Shown here: positions 1-13,303 of the stretch, in pieces
How the letters are laid out: the number at the start of each line of letters is the position of its first letter
How positions within the stretch are numbered: the first letter of the stretch is position 1
Source: Octopus vulgaris
Taxonomy: Eukaryota
Reading direction: 5' to 3'
Assembly (NCBI GenBank): GCA_951406725.2
Contig: OX597818.1
Location: 118,172,001-118,236,000, forward strand
DNA: 64,000 nucleotides
Notes under the pieces: generated by a model
Told to the model about the DNA's origin: nothing
Databases searched by the model: none
The model's input: the letters and a program-made list of their open reading frames with translations, nothing else
Program-made: the position numbers and the translations under genes

Positions 1-900
1 ATCAAGGCGTAAGAAAAACATGTTGGACATAAAAGCAGAAAACAATGGAAACTACTTAGATAAAATATTATTTACGGTTAGAAGAAAAAAATTGTTAACA
101 TCGTGTCAGCTAAAATAAATATAATGCCAAATAAAAAAAAAATATTTTAAAGATATGTGAATGCAACCGGTGATGTGGAAATTAGATCTATAAATGAAGA
201 ATGTTATATGTGTGTGTGTTTGCATGCGTATATATATGAAATACAAAATGGGGCAAGGACGCAAAACATCCGGACAGCTAGGTGATACAAAAAGGGACAA
301 CAAAACATCCAGATAAACGATACAAGAAAAACAAGGATGGGTTATTCGAAGGCCTCTATCCTCAGTCAAGCACCAGATTATCCTCGCAATTTCGGATGAT
401 TTTTCTAGAGATTGCTCCATATATATATATATAGAAAGAGGTACCCTTTTATATACACCTTCGCAGCTGATAACTCACCGTGTCACTTATGATAAATACG
501 TAATTTGCCGATTTCGTTGCAAACTGAGATATAAATCGATCCATTTTTATATTGAATCCATCCTGGTTTCCAAACGTACATCTAAGGATCTTCCTTTATT
601 TCTTTGTAAAATCCCTGATCAGTATACAAACGCCCCGAAACATAGTTTTCTACTAATTTCCACTGTGCCTTGCTATCTTGGATCGTATTGTGAACATAGG
701 TGTATTCGTACATAAAATGTCATTCCTTTCAAAGTTGGCTCTATATTCTATAGAATACCTGTAGAGATAACTTAAAGGCGACGAAAGCGCCCTGTTCACA
801 CAAAAACGTCACGCAGAGAATTGGCTTATAAACCTTCAATATACTTGGTAGTATATTATTGTAACGAAATGAAACAAGGTATCCTTACGAGCAACTAAGT

Positions 901-1187
901 GGAGGCACATGGCCAAGTGGTTAGAGCAGCGGACTCGCGATCAAGGGATCGCGGGTTCGAATCTCAGACCGGGCGATGTGTGTGTTTAAGAGCGAAACAC
1001 CTAAGATCCACGCGGCTTCGGCAGAAGGTAATTGTGAACTTTTGCTGAATCTTTCGCTACAACTTTCTCTCACCCTTTCCACTTGCATCTCACCTGCAAC
1101 GGACCGGCGTCCCGTTCAGGTCGGGAACCTATACGCCAAGGAAACCTTATGAGCAAGGCGTCGCTTGAGAAGGAACAAACAACAACA
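901..1187 (+). mobile_element. tRNA-derived SINE (family C)
   Basis: Pol III A box TGGCCAAGTGG and B box GGTTCGAATCT in a tRNA-like head, a non-tRNA body, and an (AAC)n tail; no 3' acceptor stem. Confidence 0.8.
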
Positions 1188-2189
1188 GCGAGCAACTAAT
1201 GAACGTTATCTTGAACTCTCAAATACTCTTAAATGTTCAAATTCTATTGTACTATATGTTGGCTTTACTATTAAATAACCGTGTAATTATCCTTAAATAT
1301 CGATAGCAAGCCGCGCCCGTGATTATCATCCATCCAGCCGCGAGAAATTCAGAACTTTCCTACCTTTACGTTTCCAAATGCAAGGAAACAGTTTCACGTT
1401 CTAGAAATCTCTGATTCTTGAATCTTGGATCTTTTGCAACCAACTTACAGTAAATCACTCTTATACCCTTAAAAGACTTCCTTTCATTTCCTTTTTTGTT
1501 TCTTCTGCTCAATAAGCAAGACAAACATACCAATCAACTATGGTATCCACTGCAGTCGCTTCCAGTCACTACTCTCACGTCCTTCAATCAGCTAGGCCTC
1601 AACAGTTACAAGTAGAAATTCCATTGATCGATGTATGTTCAGTTCAGATCACTGATGCATTTGATAGCACGTGTTTTCTAGAATCTACCTCTGCTACCAC
1701 CGGTTTATTGACTTACGATGTTACACATCTCTCGGATATAAAGAACACCAATCAATGCACACATTTCTCTGTGTCTTCTAATGAGCTTCTTTCAGATCCA
1801 GTCACTGTCAGTTCTTGTAACTCGTATGTTTTCAAACACTGTCTACTGATCTTTAGCAATCTGCTTGTTGCAACGTCTGCCAACGACACCTCATAAGCCA
1901 GCGATGCCATTCTTTATTCTTATCTTGACTTTCTAAACATATACTTTATCGTGAATATGTGATAGCTTGACACACCTACACTAAATGCGTAAACAAATAA
2001 AATAGATAAGATATTCTCCAGTGGTGTCATGGCAATATATTTTCTTACATTAAAACTAATATCAAAGTCAGTGTCTGTCTGGAAGGAGGTACTTAATGTC
2101 ATATCTCATCATCTCACCAATTATAGATACGTTACACACCGATTTTGATATAATTAAGTGTTTGTACATTTATTTATTTGTTTTGCAGG

Positions 2190-2549
2190 ATTTTTGATGT
2201 GAAATCGTGTGTTGATACATATATTGTTGTATTTAGGAATGGTCATTATGCCAGTTTAGCCAATAAAAACACACGCAATATATATTTGGAGTTACTTTGC
2301 TTCAGCGTTATTTATTTTTTATATTAATCTTAATCTTATTTCGTTAGTAAGGAGAGACACAAATAAGACAGAAGAAATCAAAGGACCACTGATGAAGTAA
2401 CAGAAGTGTGACGAAAGAACTCTGGTCGAAATAAGATTAAGATTAATGTAAAAAATAAATAACGCTGAAGCAAAGTAACACCAAATATATAGTGCGTATG
2501 TTTTTATTGGCTAAACTGGCATAATTACCATTCCTAAATACAACAATAT
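2190..2549 (+). mobile_element. Penelope-like remnant: inverted repeat around a hammerhead motif
   Basis: Arms 2221-2343 and 2427-2549 are near-perfect reverse complements. The left arm appears to have an extra extension, and an HHR core lies in the spacer. Confidence 0.65.
2384..2427 (+). ncRNA. Minimal type I hammerhead ribozyme motif
   Basis: GACCA-CTGATGA-A-GTAAC..GTGAC-GAAA-GAAC-TC-TGGTC; stem I GACCA/TGGTC, stem II with one mismatch, very short stem III. Confidence 0.7.
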
Positions 2550-3741
2550 CAGTGTTTGTAGTTTTTCCAAAAATCATAATTAAATCTTGAAAAATCGACT
2601 GTCCTACCACGATCAAAAATTGATATGATTACATAATGCGATAGTATGTAATAGTTAGCATCTACATCCCAAAGTCAAAATGTCCTCTTCAGATTCATAA
2701 AAATAGCTTAACTGATCATCAGCTGATCATCGGCTGACTCTGTCAATGTTCAAGTGAGAATATGTTCATTGGAATTTTCGATACATATCTCAATCGAGAC
2801 TGTTTGTAGAAAGCATTCAGAGCGACCAACCGACTGAGGAGCAACGCACTTTGATATCTATCTCAAATATCTGTTTTCCCGATCCACACAATTTTTCGCT
2901 ACATCAACGAGTTCCTCAGCTTTTAGCTGCCCGGTTTCTCACTGATTCTATCCAAAACTTCAATATGTTTTATTATCACAAATCCCAAGATATCTTTCTT
3001 CTTCAGAACGATAATTCTTTCCGCACCCACATCTTCTTTCCGGCCGCATATTACCGGTGACGAAGGGGATTAAAAGCGCACATACGGTCGTAAGAAACTT
3101 GCTGGGTATAATGAACACTTAATCCTGCTGAGCAAACCATTCAGGCTAAATCATAAATCTAGCAACGATAATTGTGAACTATGAAACAAAAATAATTTCA
3201 ATTCGAAGATAGATATTTGTACAGCTCAGTAGACTTCGCTAATACGGAAATCCCATAATAAGAAGAGCCATATAAAATTAATTGTTCTCACCTGAAATAC
3301 GTGTGACGCAATTCGCAATCTCTAAATGGAAAACGAATATCTTATCCTATTTAATTTCACAGCGTGACTTTCTCAAACAAAACGCTGAATCGACTCATCA
3401 TTCATAATTATAAAGGTGTGAGATAGATTGAAGAATACGGATTGTGCCGGGCATAATACTTTGAAGGGTTTATAACTACCAGTCATATACTAAAGAAAAT
3501 GTACCTTACATTCCACATGGTACATTGCACATTTTTAAATAAGTAAGGCGTCCCATTAGACATGGCAATGTTTCATATCGTGACACTATCTTTTATGGAG
3601 CACGGGTTTCACTATTCGATGCATCCGCATTCCGTTAAAACTATAGTGTTTGATATGCAAGGGTATAAATGTAATGTCAAGCATACTCTTTAATTCATGT
3701 ACATGTGCGAGTAATTCATTTTTATTTTCATTTTTTAGGTA

Positions 3742-4066
3742 GCGCAGGAGTGGCAATGTGGTAAGTAGCTTGCTTACCAACCACATGGTTTTGGGTTCAG
3801 TCGCACTGCGTGGCACCTTGGGCAGGTGTCTTCTACTGTAGCCTCGGGCCGACTAATGCCTTGTGGGTGGATATGGTAGACGGAAACTGAAAGACGACCG
3901 TCGTATATATGTATATATAGCCGGCTATTACCGGTAAAGGTCTTAGTTGCCAATGTTGTACAAGACATTGTAGATCTTTAGCTAGGCTAAAAAGTCACAT
4001 TCGATCACAGCATTAATAACAGTTAAGCTTCGTGCAATGGCCATACTCGATAACGAGGGGGCAGCC

Positions 4067-4130
<64 letters not shown>

Positions 4131-4321
4131 TATATATACTTTATTTAAAGCAGCAGAAAATTCAACAAAACCTGTTACTCTGAGTTTCCCGTTGCCGTTC
4201 CGATGAACGGCAACAACAGGTTTTGTTGAATTTTCTGCTGCTTTAAATAAAGCATATTACTCTACGACTGGTATTTGAGTACTCTTTTTTCCACCTTCTT
4301 TCACATTTATGTGTTTACTCC

Positions 4322-4420
<99 letters not shown>

Positions 4421-4675
4421 ATGTGTGTGCGTGTGTGTGTGTGCGTATGTGTGTGTGTTTGTGTGTCTGTGTTTGTCTCCCTCAACATCGCTTGACAACC
4501 GATGCTGGTGTGGTTACGTCCCCATAACTTAGCGGTTCAGCATAAAGGAGCGATAAAATACGTACTAGGCTTACAAAGAATAAGTCATGGGGTCGATTTG
4601 CTCGACTAAATACGGTGCTCCAGCATGGCCGTAGTCAAATGACTGAAATAAGTAAAAGAGTAAAAAAGTAAAAGA
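3742..4675 (+). mobile_element. SINE family A copy split by nested insertions
   Basis: Head GCGCAGGAGTGGC..GGGTTCAGTC at 3742-3918 and 3' half ending GACTGAAATAAGTAAAAGAG at about 4455-4675. They are separated by a ~150 bp insert, (TA)n, a Penelope-like hairpin and (TG)n. Confidence 0.85.
4139..4323. mobile_element. Short inverted derivative of the Penelope-like element at 13227-14946
   Basis: Same terminal sequence (CTTTATTTAAAGCAGCAGAAAATTCAACAAAA) in both orientations, plus the same ~71 nt tail ending TACTCCGG; flanked by (TA)n. Confidence 0.85.
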
Positions 4676-6024
4676 ATAGCTGATATCAGAATAAACACAT
4701 ATAAACCAATCATATTGTATCTGTAACAAAATCAGTTAGGAATGTAAAGTTTGGTTTCTCTCCGCCGCTATATACGTTCAATGTTCAGAATTTATACACA
4801 GACACTTTCACTCTCTCACAAGCGCGCACATGCACAAATGACGTGAAAGAGTTTCAGTTCTTTAGTTACGACCGCTTCAACATTACATGATATATAGTAT
4901 TAATGAATATAAATATTAACATCAATACTAATATTACAGCGTATTACATATAAACCATGTGCAGCTGTACAGAAGATGAGATATGTACTTGTATATAGTA
5001 GACCACTGATTGAATATCAGGCTTGTATCTATTACACACATGCATACACAGATACATACAAACATACATACATACATACATACATACATACAAACAGACA
5101 GGCGGATAGAGAGAGAGAAAGAGGGAGAGATAATTATGTACGTAGGTAGATAATGTACGTAGGTAGATAATTCTAGATTTCAACTTAACACTTGATAGTT
5201 CTAAAACGATAGCATGAATTTAATTTTTATGTAATTTATAGAAACATATGTGACAGCGTGCGCATGTGTATCAGTGTAAATTTGTTTTTATTCGTGCATG
5301 TAACATCAACAGAGAACACAACAGGAAGCTGTGTGAGTAAACACGACTAATGTAAAACATACCACACTATACAATCGCAACTAAAATTAGAAACAAATGC
5401 ATTATGTCTTAGGCAAAAATATTGAAATCACACATACGTTTTTGTGAGTGCAGTCTTGGTCACGTAGTTAAGAATGTAACTCCACAGTGTTGTAGATATT
5501 CTTAAACGTGCTATGTACATACAAGTGGTGAGTACTTAAGCCGTGTAGTTGACTAATAGCTTGTATACCGCTGCTTTGTCTACAGTGGTATTGTTTTATG
5601 CTAACTCCCATTTGATATAAGTACGACAAACCTGAAACAAATACTGGGGTTTATATAATCAATAATGCCCATTCAAACTGTGACCTAGTGTCACAAATAA
5701 AAATAGTAAAGTATTGCTATATATTCAGAAGTAAATCTAGATACACAACGCATTTTATATGCCTCGAAGCCGAGGTTTTTACATATATTTAAAACATTAA
5801 ATACTGTCAAGTATGTTTATAATTACTCGTACAGTATATCGAAAGCTACGCGTGCATAAAACACGCTCAGGTACTGAGAAGAAATACTCACGTACACCGA
5901 TATACACATAATTAAGAGATCAAAGGCAAACACTTGTCTAACGTTAGCTTAAACATACCGTTCTAGATTCATGTAAATACATGCACACACTCATGTACGG
6001 ATTTCGCACAAATATTCATACATG

Positions 6025-6079
<55 letters not shown>

Positions 6080-7089
6080 TGATACATACATACTTATATA
6101 ACTCTGCATATTCGCATATTATTTGGCGCAAATTTATATACTTCGATATGTATAAAAAATCACTATTGTAATATCATTCCGTTAGTAGTTAGTTTTACGT
6201 CTTCCACAGGAAATGAGGTTGAGGAATGAAAAAAATAAAATTACTTTAAATCAATATCTAGCCCGAATTTCTTCTAATTTTCTATACCACACACCAGACA
6301 ATGGTGATGTAGATCTTATAAAGGTTACCTGAAGAAAGTAAACATTTAAAGAGCTCTAATTATTCTAAATTAGCGAATAATTGTGGTTGCTTTGAAAGGA
6401 TCAAACGTTTGTTTCGTAGTGTTAAGATTTCCATACCTTATTTGTATAATTCTATTTCTTAAGTTGCAATGTATGGTTGCAAAAACTACCAAACCGAGGG
6501 GGAAATTATGTGTTTGTTGTATCTAGCAAGTTTTGTGTTACGCTGGTGACAATGAATCATTTAGCGCAACATGGCAAGAACTGGCACATCACAGAAATGT
6601 TGTGATATTGAGAATATGTTATAAACTGAAGGATCTTACCACGTTTCCCACACCTAAATAAGATATATGACCATGATTTTGCTGGGTCTCTATTGTGTTA
6701 CTCTGTGTCAAAACTGATGACGTTTTCTGAAGGAGAAAACCTTGCAAAAAATAAATGGTCTGATTTAAAACAGAGAACTATGAATCGATATACATCGTAC
6801 CATGGATATTCAATTTATATACTGTCGCAAACAGAATTGATAGCCCAATGCCAATGTTGAAGTATCAAGTTAGTTTGTCGATATTGAAATGAAGTAGGCT
6901 CCCCACGTTGACGAATATGGAAAATAAAAAAATATAAAATTTATTGCCGAAGGGAACTAAAGTAAAATTCCGAGAAAAAGACACTAACGTAAATATTTAC
7001 GCTAGATAAAACGAGCGATCGGGAGCAGCTGAAACTAATGCATAATTTGAGCGTTCATTCTTTTAGCAAATGAAACATAGGTATATAAA

Positions 7090-7262
7090 CATATATACGA
7101 CGGGCTTCTTTCAGTTTCCGTTCCGTCTACCACATCCGCTCATAAGGCTTTGGTCGGTCCGAGGTTATATTAGAAGACACTTGCCCATGGTGCCACGTAG
7201 TGGGACTAAACGCAGAACCATGTGGTTGGTAAGCAAGGTACTTACTACACAGCCTCCCATGC
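7090..7262 (-). mobile_element. SINE family A, 5' half
   Basis: Reverse complement of the family A head and central region. Confidence 0.8.
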
Positions 7263-7608
7263 GTTTATTGTCTCTGATGATTCTAAAATATCATAATTCC
7301 AAGCCAAACGTTATATCTTTCTCCTACCACTCTGAAGACATTTGCCTAATGTAATGATTTTAGTAATTGTTATTTAATCTATTAGGCTTAACTGAAACAG
7401 CTGTAAAGGAATATGTTTGATTTTTGCATATCATAAATTTTTATTTAATGTCATATCTCCATTTTCTTACTTTCATTTGAGTTCTTAGAAGTCTTGGTTC
7501 ACATATAAAACTATTGTTTTATTATTAGTATCATTCACAACAAATGTGAGGTATTGAACCAGTAATTCATTGGATGGTAACATCACTTAATGAAGCTGGT
7601 TTGACCTC

Positions 7609-7680
<72 letters not shown>

Positions 7681-7689
7681 CATATATAC

Positions 7690-7930
7690 TTCTATTGCTT
7701 TATTCTTCTACTTGTTTCGGTTACTTGACTGCGGCCATGCTGTAACACCGTTTCTAGTCGAAGAAATCGACTGCAGGAATTATTATTTGTACGTCTGGTG
7801 CTTATACTATACGTCCCTTTTGCCGAACCGCTATGTTTCGGGAACCTAAACACACCAACATCAGTTTTGAAGCCATAGTGTGGGGACAGACACAAACACA
7901 TAAATACATGCATACGAACATACATATACA

Positions 7931-7976
<46 letters not shown>

Positions 7977-8130
7977 GAGGGGCTTCTTTCAGCTTCTATC
8001 TACCAAATACACACACAAGGTTTTCGTCGGCTCGAGGCTATGTGGTGGAAGAAACTTGGTCAAGGTGGCACGCAATGGGACTGAACCTGGAACCATGTGG
8101 TTGCGAAGCAAGCTTCTTACCACACAGCTT
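7690..8130 (-). mobile_element. SINE family A, diverged full-length copy
   Basis: Tail, internal (TA)n and head all recognisable on the minus strand. Confidence 0.8.
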
Positions 8131-8165
8131 CACCTATATATATATGTGTGTGAGTGTGTGTAATA

Positions 8166-8196
<31 letters not shown>

Positions 8197-8224
8197 GTGT
8201 GTGTGTGAGTGTGTGTGTGTGTGT

Positions 8225-8400
8225 GTTTGTGTATATCTTTGTGTGTCCGAGTTTGTCCCCCATCATAGCTTGACAACCGATGCTGGTCTGCTTACGTCCC
8301 CGTAACATTAGCGGTTCGACACAAAGAATAAGTGCTAAAGGCGGTGCTCCAGCATGGCCACAGTCAAATGACTGTTACAAGTAAAGGAGTGAAAAAGAGT
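8225..8400 (+). mobile_element. SINE family A, 3' half
   Basis: TTTGTCCCC..GCTTGACAACCGATGCTGG..GGCGGTGCTCCAGCATGGCC.. Confidence 0.8.
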
Positions 8401-8804
8401 ATACATATTTACACAAGCACACACACACACACACACACACATTTATGTATACATATGTGCGTGTGCACACGAGTGTGTATACGTGTGTAAATGGAGTGAT
8501 GCTTAATTTTGTGGTTCATGAAGGGAAGCATTGATTACTGAAGACACATATAATATAGCAGCAACGCCTGCAGTCATAATTTACTAATTAAACTGAAGAA
8601 TTATAATAAAAGTTGAAGTTCTGATGTGCAGAGGTGTTGTCTACAATATTAGTTATATCATTCGTGATAAACCAATCGTTAACAAACATATCGTGCCTGG
8701 AAATATGCCATATTCTTTGATTCGCACGATGAAAATCATGATTATCACTGTTACCAAATTTTTTGCCATGTATGGGCATTATTTTTTACGTTCTAAATTT
8801 TACG

Positions 8805-9415
8805 TTCTATTTCTTTACTAGCCACAAGGGGCTAAACACAGAGAGGACAATCAAGGAAAAACAAGGACAGACAAACGGATTGTGTCGATTATATCGACTC
8901 CAGTGTGTAACTGGTACTTAATTTATCGACCCCGAAAGGATGAAAGGCAAAGTCGATCTCGGCGGAATTTGAACTCTGAACGTCGCGGCAGACGAAATAC
9001 CTATTTCTTTACTACTCACAAGAGGCTAAACACAGAGGGGACAAAGAAGGACAGACAAACGCATTAAGTCGATTACATCGACCCCAGTGCGTAACTGGTA
9101 CTTAATTTATCGACCCCGAAAGGATGAAAGGCAAACTCGACATCGGCGGAATTTGAACTCAGAACGTAGCGTCAGACGAAATACCTATTTCTTTACTAGC
9201 CACAAGGGGCTAAACACAGGACAAACAAGGACAGACAAACGCATTAAGTCGATTCTATCGACCCCAGTGCATAACTGGTACTTAATTTATCGACCCTGAA
9301 AGAATGAAAGGCAAAGTTGACCTCGGCGGATTTTGAACTCAGAACGTAACGGCAGACGAAATACGGCTACGCATTTCGCTCGGCGTGCTAACGATTCTGC
9401 CAGCTCACCGCCTTA
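8805..9415 (-). mobile_element. SINE family B with three tandem ~180 bp internal units
   Basis: Head AAGGCGGTGAGCTGGCAGAATCGTTAGC on the minus strand near 9414. The unit AACTGGTACTTAATTTATCGACCCCGAAAGGATGAAAGGCAAA recurs near 8909, 9093 and 9273. Confidence 0.85.
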
Positions 9416-10059
9416 TACGTTCTAAATACCACCCACTTAACATATTTGCTATGGACAATATGATCTTTCCAGATGTCATTGTAGTCGCAATATTTTCAAC
9501 CAAGGCTTCTATTATTGTGCGATAAATCCAGTAGATTTAATTTAACATTGTTTTGTTAGCATTTCCAACCAACAGATCCATATGATTAACATCAAAATGA
9601 CTTCCTTGATATGTTTGGCATTATAATGATATGGAAGCTATTGTGCTATATTGAACTGCCACTGTAATGATACCTTTGTGGATTTCGTTCCATAAATCAC
9701 GTTCATGCAACATGACATGAGAACATATTGCTTCATTATCTTTGTGGAATGTTACAGACAAAGATTGTGCTACGCCAATATCTCCGACCTTCTGAGACTG
9801 CACCACATCGCGTAAAGGGATATCGATGTACATATATACATATGCATACACATATATACACATATATATATATATGTATATATATACACGTATATGCACA
9901 TATATATATATGTGCATGGCCGCAGTCAAATGACTGAAACAAGTAAAAAGAGCAAGAGTAAAGTATATATATATATATATATATATACTCTTTATATACT
10001 TTTACTTGTTTCAGTAAAAGACAAAGAGTAGTATATATATATATATATATATATATATA

Positions 10060-10447
10060 CTTTACTCTTTACACTTTTACTTGTTTCAGTCATTTGACTG
10101 CGGCCATGCTGGAGCACCGCCTTTAGTCGAGCAAATCGACCCCGGGACTTATTCTTTATAAGCCAAGTACTTATTCTATCGGTCTCTTTTGCTGAACCGC
10201 TACGTGACGGGGACATAAACACACCAGCATCGGTTGTCAAGCAATGCTAGGGGGACAAGCACACACACATACACATATATATATATATACATATATACGA
10301 CAGGCTTCTTTCAGTTTCCGTCTACCAAATCCGTTCACAAGGCGTTGGTCGACCCGGGGCTATAGCAGAAGACACTTGCCCAAGATGCCACGCAGTGGGA
10401 CTGAACCCGGAACCATGTGGTTGGTTAGCAAGCTACTTACCACACAG
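10060..10447 (-). mobile_element. SINE family A, near full-length
   Basis: Close match to the other copies; head abuts the head of the next copy. Confidence 0.9.
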
Positions 10448-10830
10448 GCGTAGGAGTGGCTGTGTGGTAAGTTACTTGCTTACGAAACACATGGTTCCGT
10501 GTTCAGTTCCACTGCGTGGCGTCTTGGGCAAGTGTCTTCTGCTATAGCCTCGTGCCGACCAAAGCCTTGTGAGTGGATTTGGTAGACAAAAACTGACAGA
10601 AGCCTGCCGTATATATGTATATATATATATATATATGTGTTTGTTTGTGTGTTGTGTTTTGCCCCCCTCCTCCAATATCGCTTGACAACCGATGCTGGTG
10701 TGTTAGCGGTTCGGCAAAAAAGACTGATAGAATATGTACTAGGCTTACAAAGAATAAGTCCTGGGTTCCATTTCCTCGACTAAAGGCGGTGCTCCAGCAT
10801 GGCCACAGTCAAATGACTGAAACAAGTAAA
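10447..10830 (+). mobile_element. SINE family A, full-length
   Basis: GGCGTAGGAGTGGCTGTGTGGTAAG ... GACTGAAACAAGTAAA. Confidence 0.9.
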
Positions 10831-10859
10831 TGAAACGAATGAATGAATATGTCTATGTG

Positions 10860-11385
10860 TGTGTGTGTATGTGTGTATTTGATGGGTGTGTGTGTCTGTT
10901 CACCACCATCATGTGACATCCTATGTTGGTGTATTTACATTCTCGAAACTCACCGAATCGGCAAGAGAGCCCTAGAGAATGAATACTAGGCTTACAAAGA
11001 ATAGGTCCAACATGGCCGCAGTCAACTGACTTGAGCAAGTGAAAGAATAAAAGAAGATATATATAAGCCTAGTACTTATTCTATCGGGCTCTTTTGCGGA
11101 ATCGGTGAGTTTCGAGAATGTAAATACACCAACATAGTTTGTCAAATGATGGTGGTCAACAAACACCCCCCCATCAAAATACACACACACACACAAAAAA
11201 AAAAAACACACATGCACAAAACACATGTATGTATGTATACGTCAGTTTACTTTCAGTTTCTGTCTACCAATTCCACTCACAATGCTTTGATCGGACCGAG
11301 GTTTTAGTAGAAGACATTTACCCAAGGTGCCACGCAGTTGGATTGAACCAAGGGACATGTGGTATCAAGCTACTTACCATTCAGC
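10860..11385. mobile_element. Two diverged SINE family A pieces, tail to tail
   Basis: Plus-strand 3' half at ~10860-11050 and minus-strand copy at ~11065-11385. Confidence 0.7.
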
Positions 11386-11410
11386 AACACACAGACACAA
11401 ACACACACAG

Positions 11411-11458
<48 letters not shown>

Positions 11459-11513
11459 ATACACACGTACATACACACAGATACATACACACACACACAG
11501 ACATATATATATT

Positions 11514-11604
11514 AAAGAATGGAGTTGAACAACGAATTAACAAAATTCCTTTATTTTCGACAAATAAAGGAATTTTGTTAATTCGTCGTTCAACTCCATT
11601 CTTT
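11514..11604. repeat. Near-perfect hairpin (~43 bp arms) beside TA repeats
   Basis: AAAGAATGGAGTTGAACAACGAATTAACAAAATTCCTTTATTT and its reverse complement with one mismatch. Confidence 0.85.
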
Positions 11605-11743
11605 CATATATTTATATTTTAAAAAAGCATACAAATTTCCACACGAAAGCACGTAACTTCAAACGTGTCTTCTCTGATGTGAATTTGCTACCCAGGTATC
11701 GGTTAACCGAATTATTCATAACAAGATAATTCATTCAACTACT

Positions 11744-11792
<49 letters not shown>

Positions 11793-11885
11793 ATCACATA
11801 TATATACACAAATACAGTCACATACACACATACGCACACACACACACATATATATATACATATAATATAAACAGACACATGTGTA

Positions 11886-12220
11886 AAGGCGCATGGCTCA
11901 GTGGTTAGAGCGTCGAGCTTACGATCGTGAGGTTGTGAGCTCGAATCCTGGACCGGGCTGCGTGTTGTGTTCTTGAGCAAAGCACTTTATTTTCACGTTG
12001 CTCCAGTTCACTCAGCTGTAAAAATGAGTTGCGACGTCACAGGTGCCAAGCTGTATCGACCTTTGTCTTTGCCTTGGATAACACTAATGGCGTGGAGAGG
12101 GGAGGCTGGTATGCATGGGCGACTGCTGGTCTTCCATAAACAACCTTGCCCGGACTTGTGTCTAGGAGGGTAACTTTCTAGGTGCAATCCCATGGTCATT
12201 CATGACCGAAGGGGGTCTTT
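11886..12220 (+). mobile_element. tRNA-derived SINE (family D)
   Basis: A box TGGCTCAGTGG and B-box-like GCTCGAATCC, followed by TTGTGTTCTTGAGCAAAGCAC. Related heads occur at 28746 (+) and ~37010-37130 (-). Confidence 0.8.
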
Positions 12221-12299
12221 AAACACACACATACATACACACAGATACAGACACACACACACATACGCACACACACAAACACATATATATTGTGTGTGT

Positions 12300-12815
12300 G
12301 AAACTGAATAAATACAACGTGAAAATCTGGGAGTCAAACCCCACACAGGGGGTTCAGAATTTCAGCGAGACCGTTCGAAATTGAATGTTTGGTTTGGGAT
12401 TATGTGCAATCGAATTATTGTTTCCTTTTTCTTTAACGAGAGATCAATTACTGAAAATGTTTACCTTGAGCTTTTGACAGAATGTGTGGCAACACAACTC
12501 CTGGACCTTTAACCGACAATCATTTTTCGGCAATATGGTGCCCCATCACATTGGGGACTGCATGATCGTGAGTGCCTAAATCAAACATTTCCAGACCGTT
12601 GGACTGAAAAGAATGGACCAATTCAGTGGCCACTACCTTCACTAGATATCACACCTCTGGATTTCGTTCTATGGGGATATGTTTACGATATTATGTACCG
12701 AACAAAAATGTCGGATATTACTGAACGAGAGCAAAAGATAACAGATGCGATTGCAACCATTAATGAGACTTTCCTACAGCAAACAGGCCAAGACATCTAC
12801 TACCGTTTTGAGGTC
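12300..12815 (+). pseudogene. Degenerate Tc1/mariner transposase, DD41D (rosa/Visitor-like) C-terminal part
   Basis: Conceptual translation has LNVWFG, (D>Y)GAPSHWGLH..LNQTFPDRW..GPIQWP..S.DITPLDFVLWGYV, with 41 residues between the last two catalytic positions; disrupted by a stop and indels. Confidence 0.8.
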
Positions 12816-13174
12816 CTTATATATCAATTAAGAAATAGAGTCAAACGCAGGTGTTATTTAAATAATTTATCTACATACATAACCAATTATTTATATATAT
12901 ATATATATATATATTCGCAATACCGGATGAACCCGCATAGCCGTAGGGAGCAAAAAGAAGAGCGGCAAAGTCCAACTTGCTCCTTCACCAGAAGTAATGC
13001 TGAGAAAATCCCGGATGCAGTAAATGCGGAGTACCAGCATGGATTCAGCCTCTGTCTGAAACCCATAAGAGATAATATATATATATATATTTGATACTTT
13101 GATAGGTTTCGGCCATTATTGGCCCAGGCCATGTCTAACTTAATAGCACCACCTGGTGCTATTATATACCACCT

Positions 13175-13227
<53 letters not shown>

Positions 13228-13254
13228 TTTATTTTAAGCAGCAGAAAATTCAAC

Positions 13255-13303
13255 AAAATCTGTTACTCTGAGTTTCTCGTTGCCGTTCATCAGACAGTTT
13301 TTG
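13255..13303 (-). ncRNA. Minimal type I hammerhead in the Penelope-like pseudo-LTR
   Basis: AAAACTGT-CTGATGA-A-CG-GCAA-CG-A-GAAA-CTCAGAG-TA-ACAG(A)TTTT; near-palindromic stem III ACTCAGAGT, predicted cleavage after GUA. Confidence 0.75.

Noticed and set aside
901-975. tRNA gene (also considered at 11886 and 28746)
   Set aside because: No proper acceptor stem or terminator; each runs into a SINE body.
1540-2102. 118 aa and 60 aa ORFs as host exons
   Set aside because: No recognisable domain or clear splice context; more likely decayed repeat sequence.
8805-9415. CRISPR-like or regularly spaced repeat array (also 17844-18420 and 42472-42982)
   Set aside because: The units are contiguous tandem repeats with no unique spacers, in eukaryotic repeat context with no cas genes.
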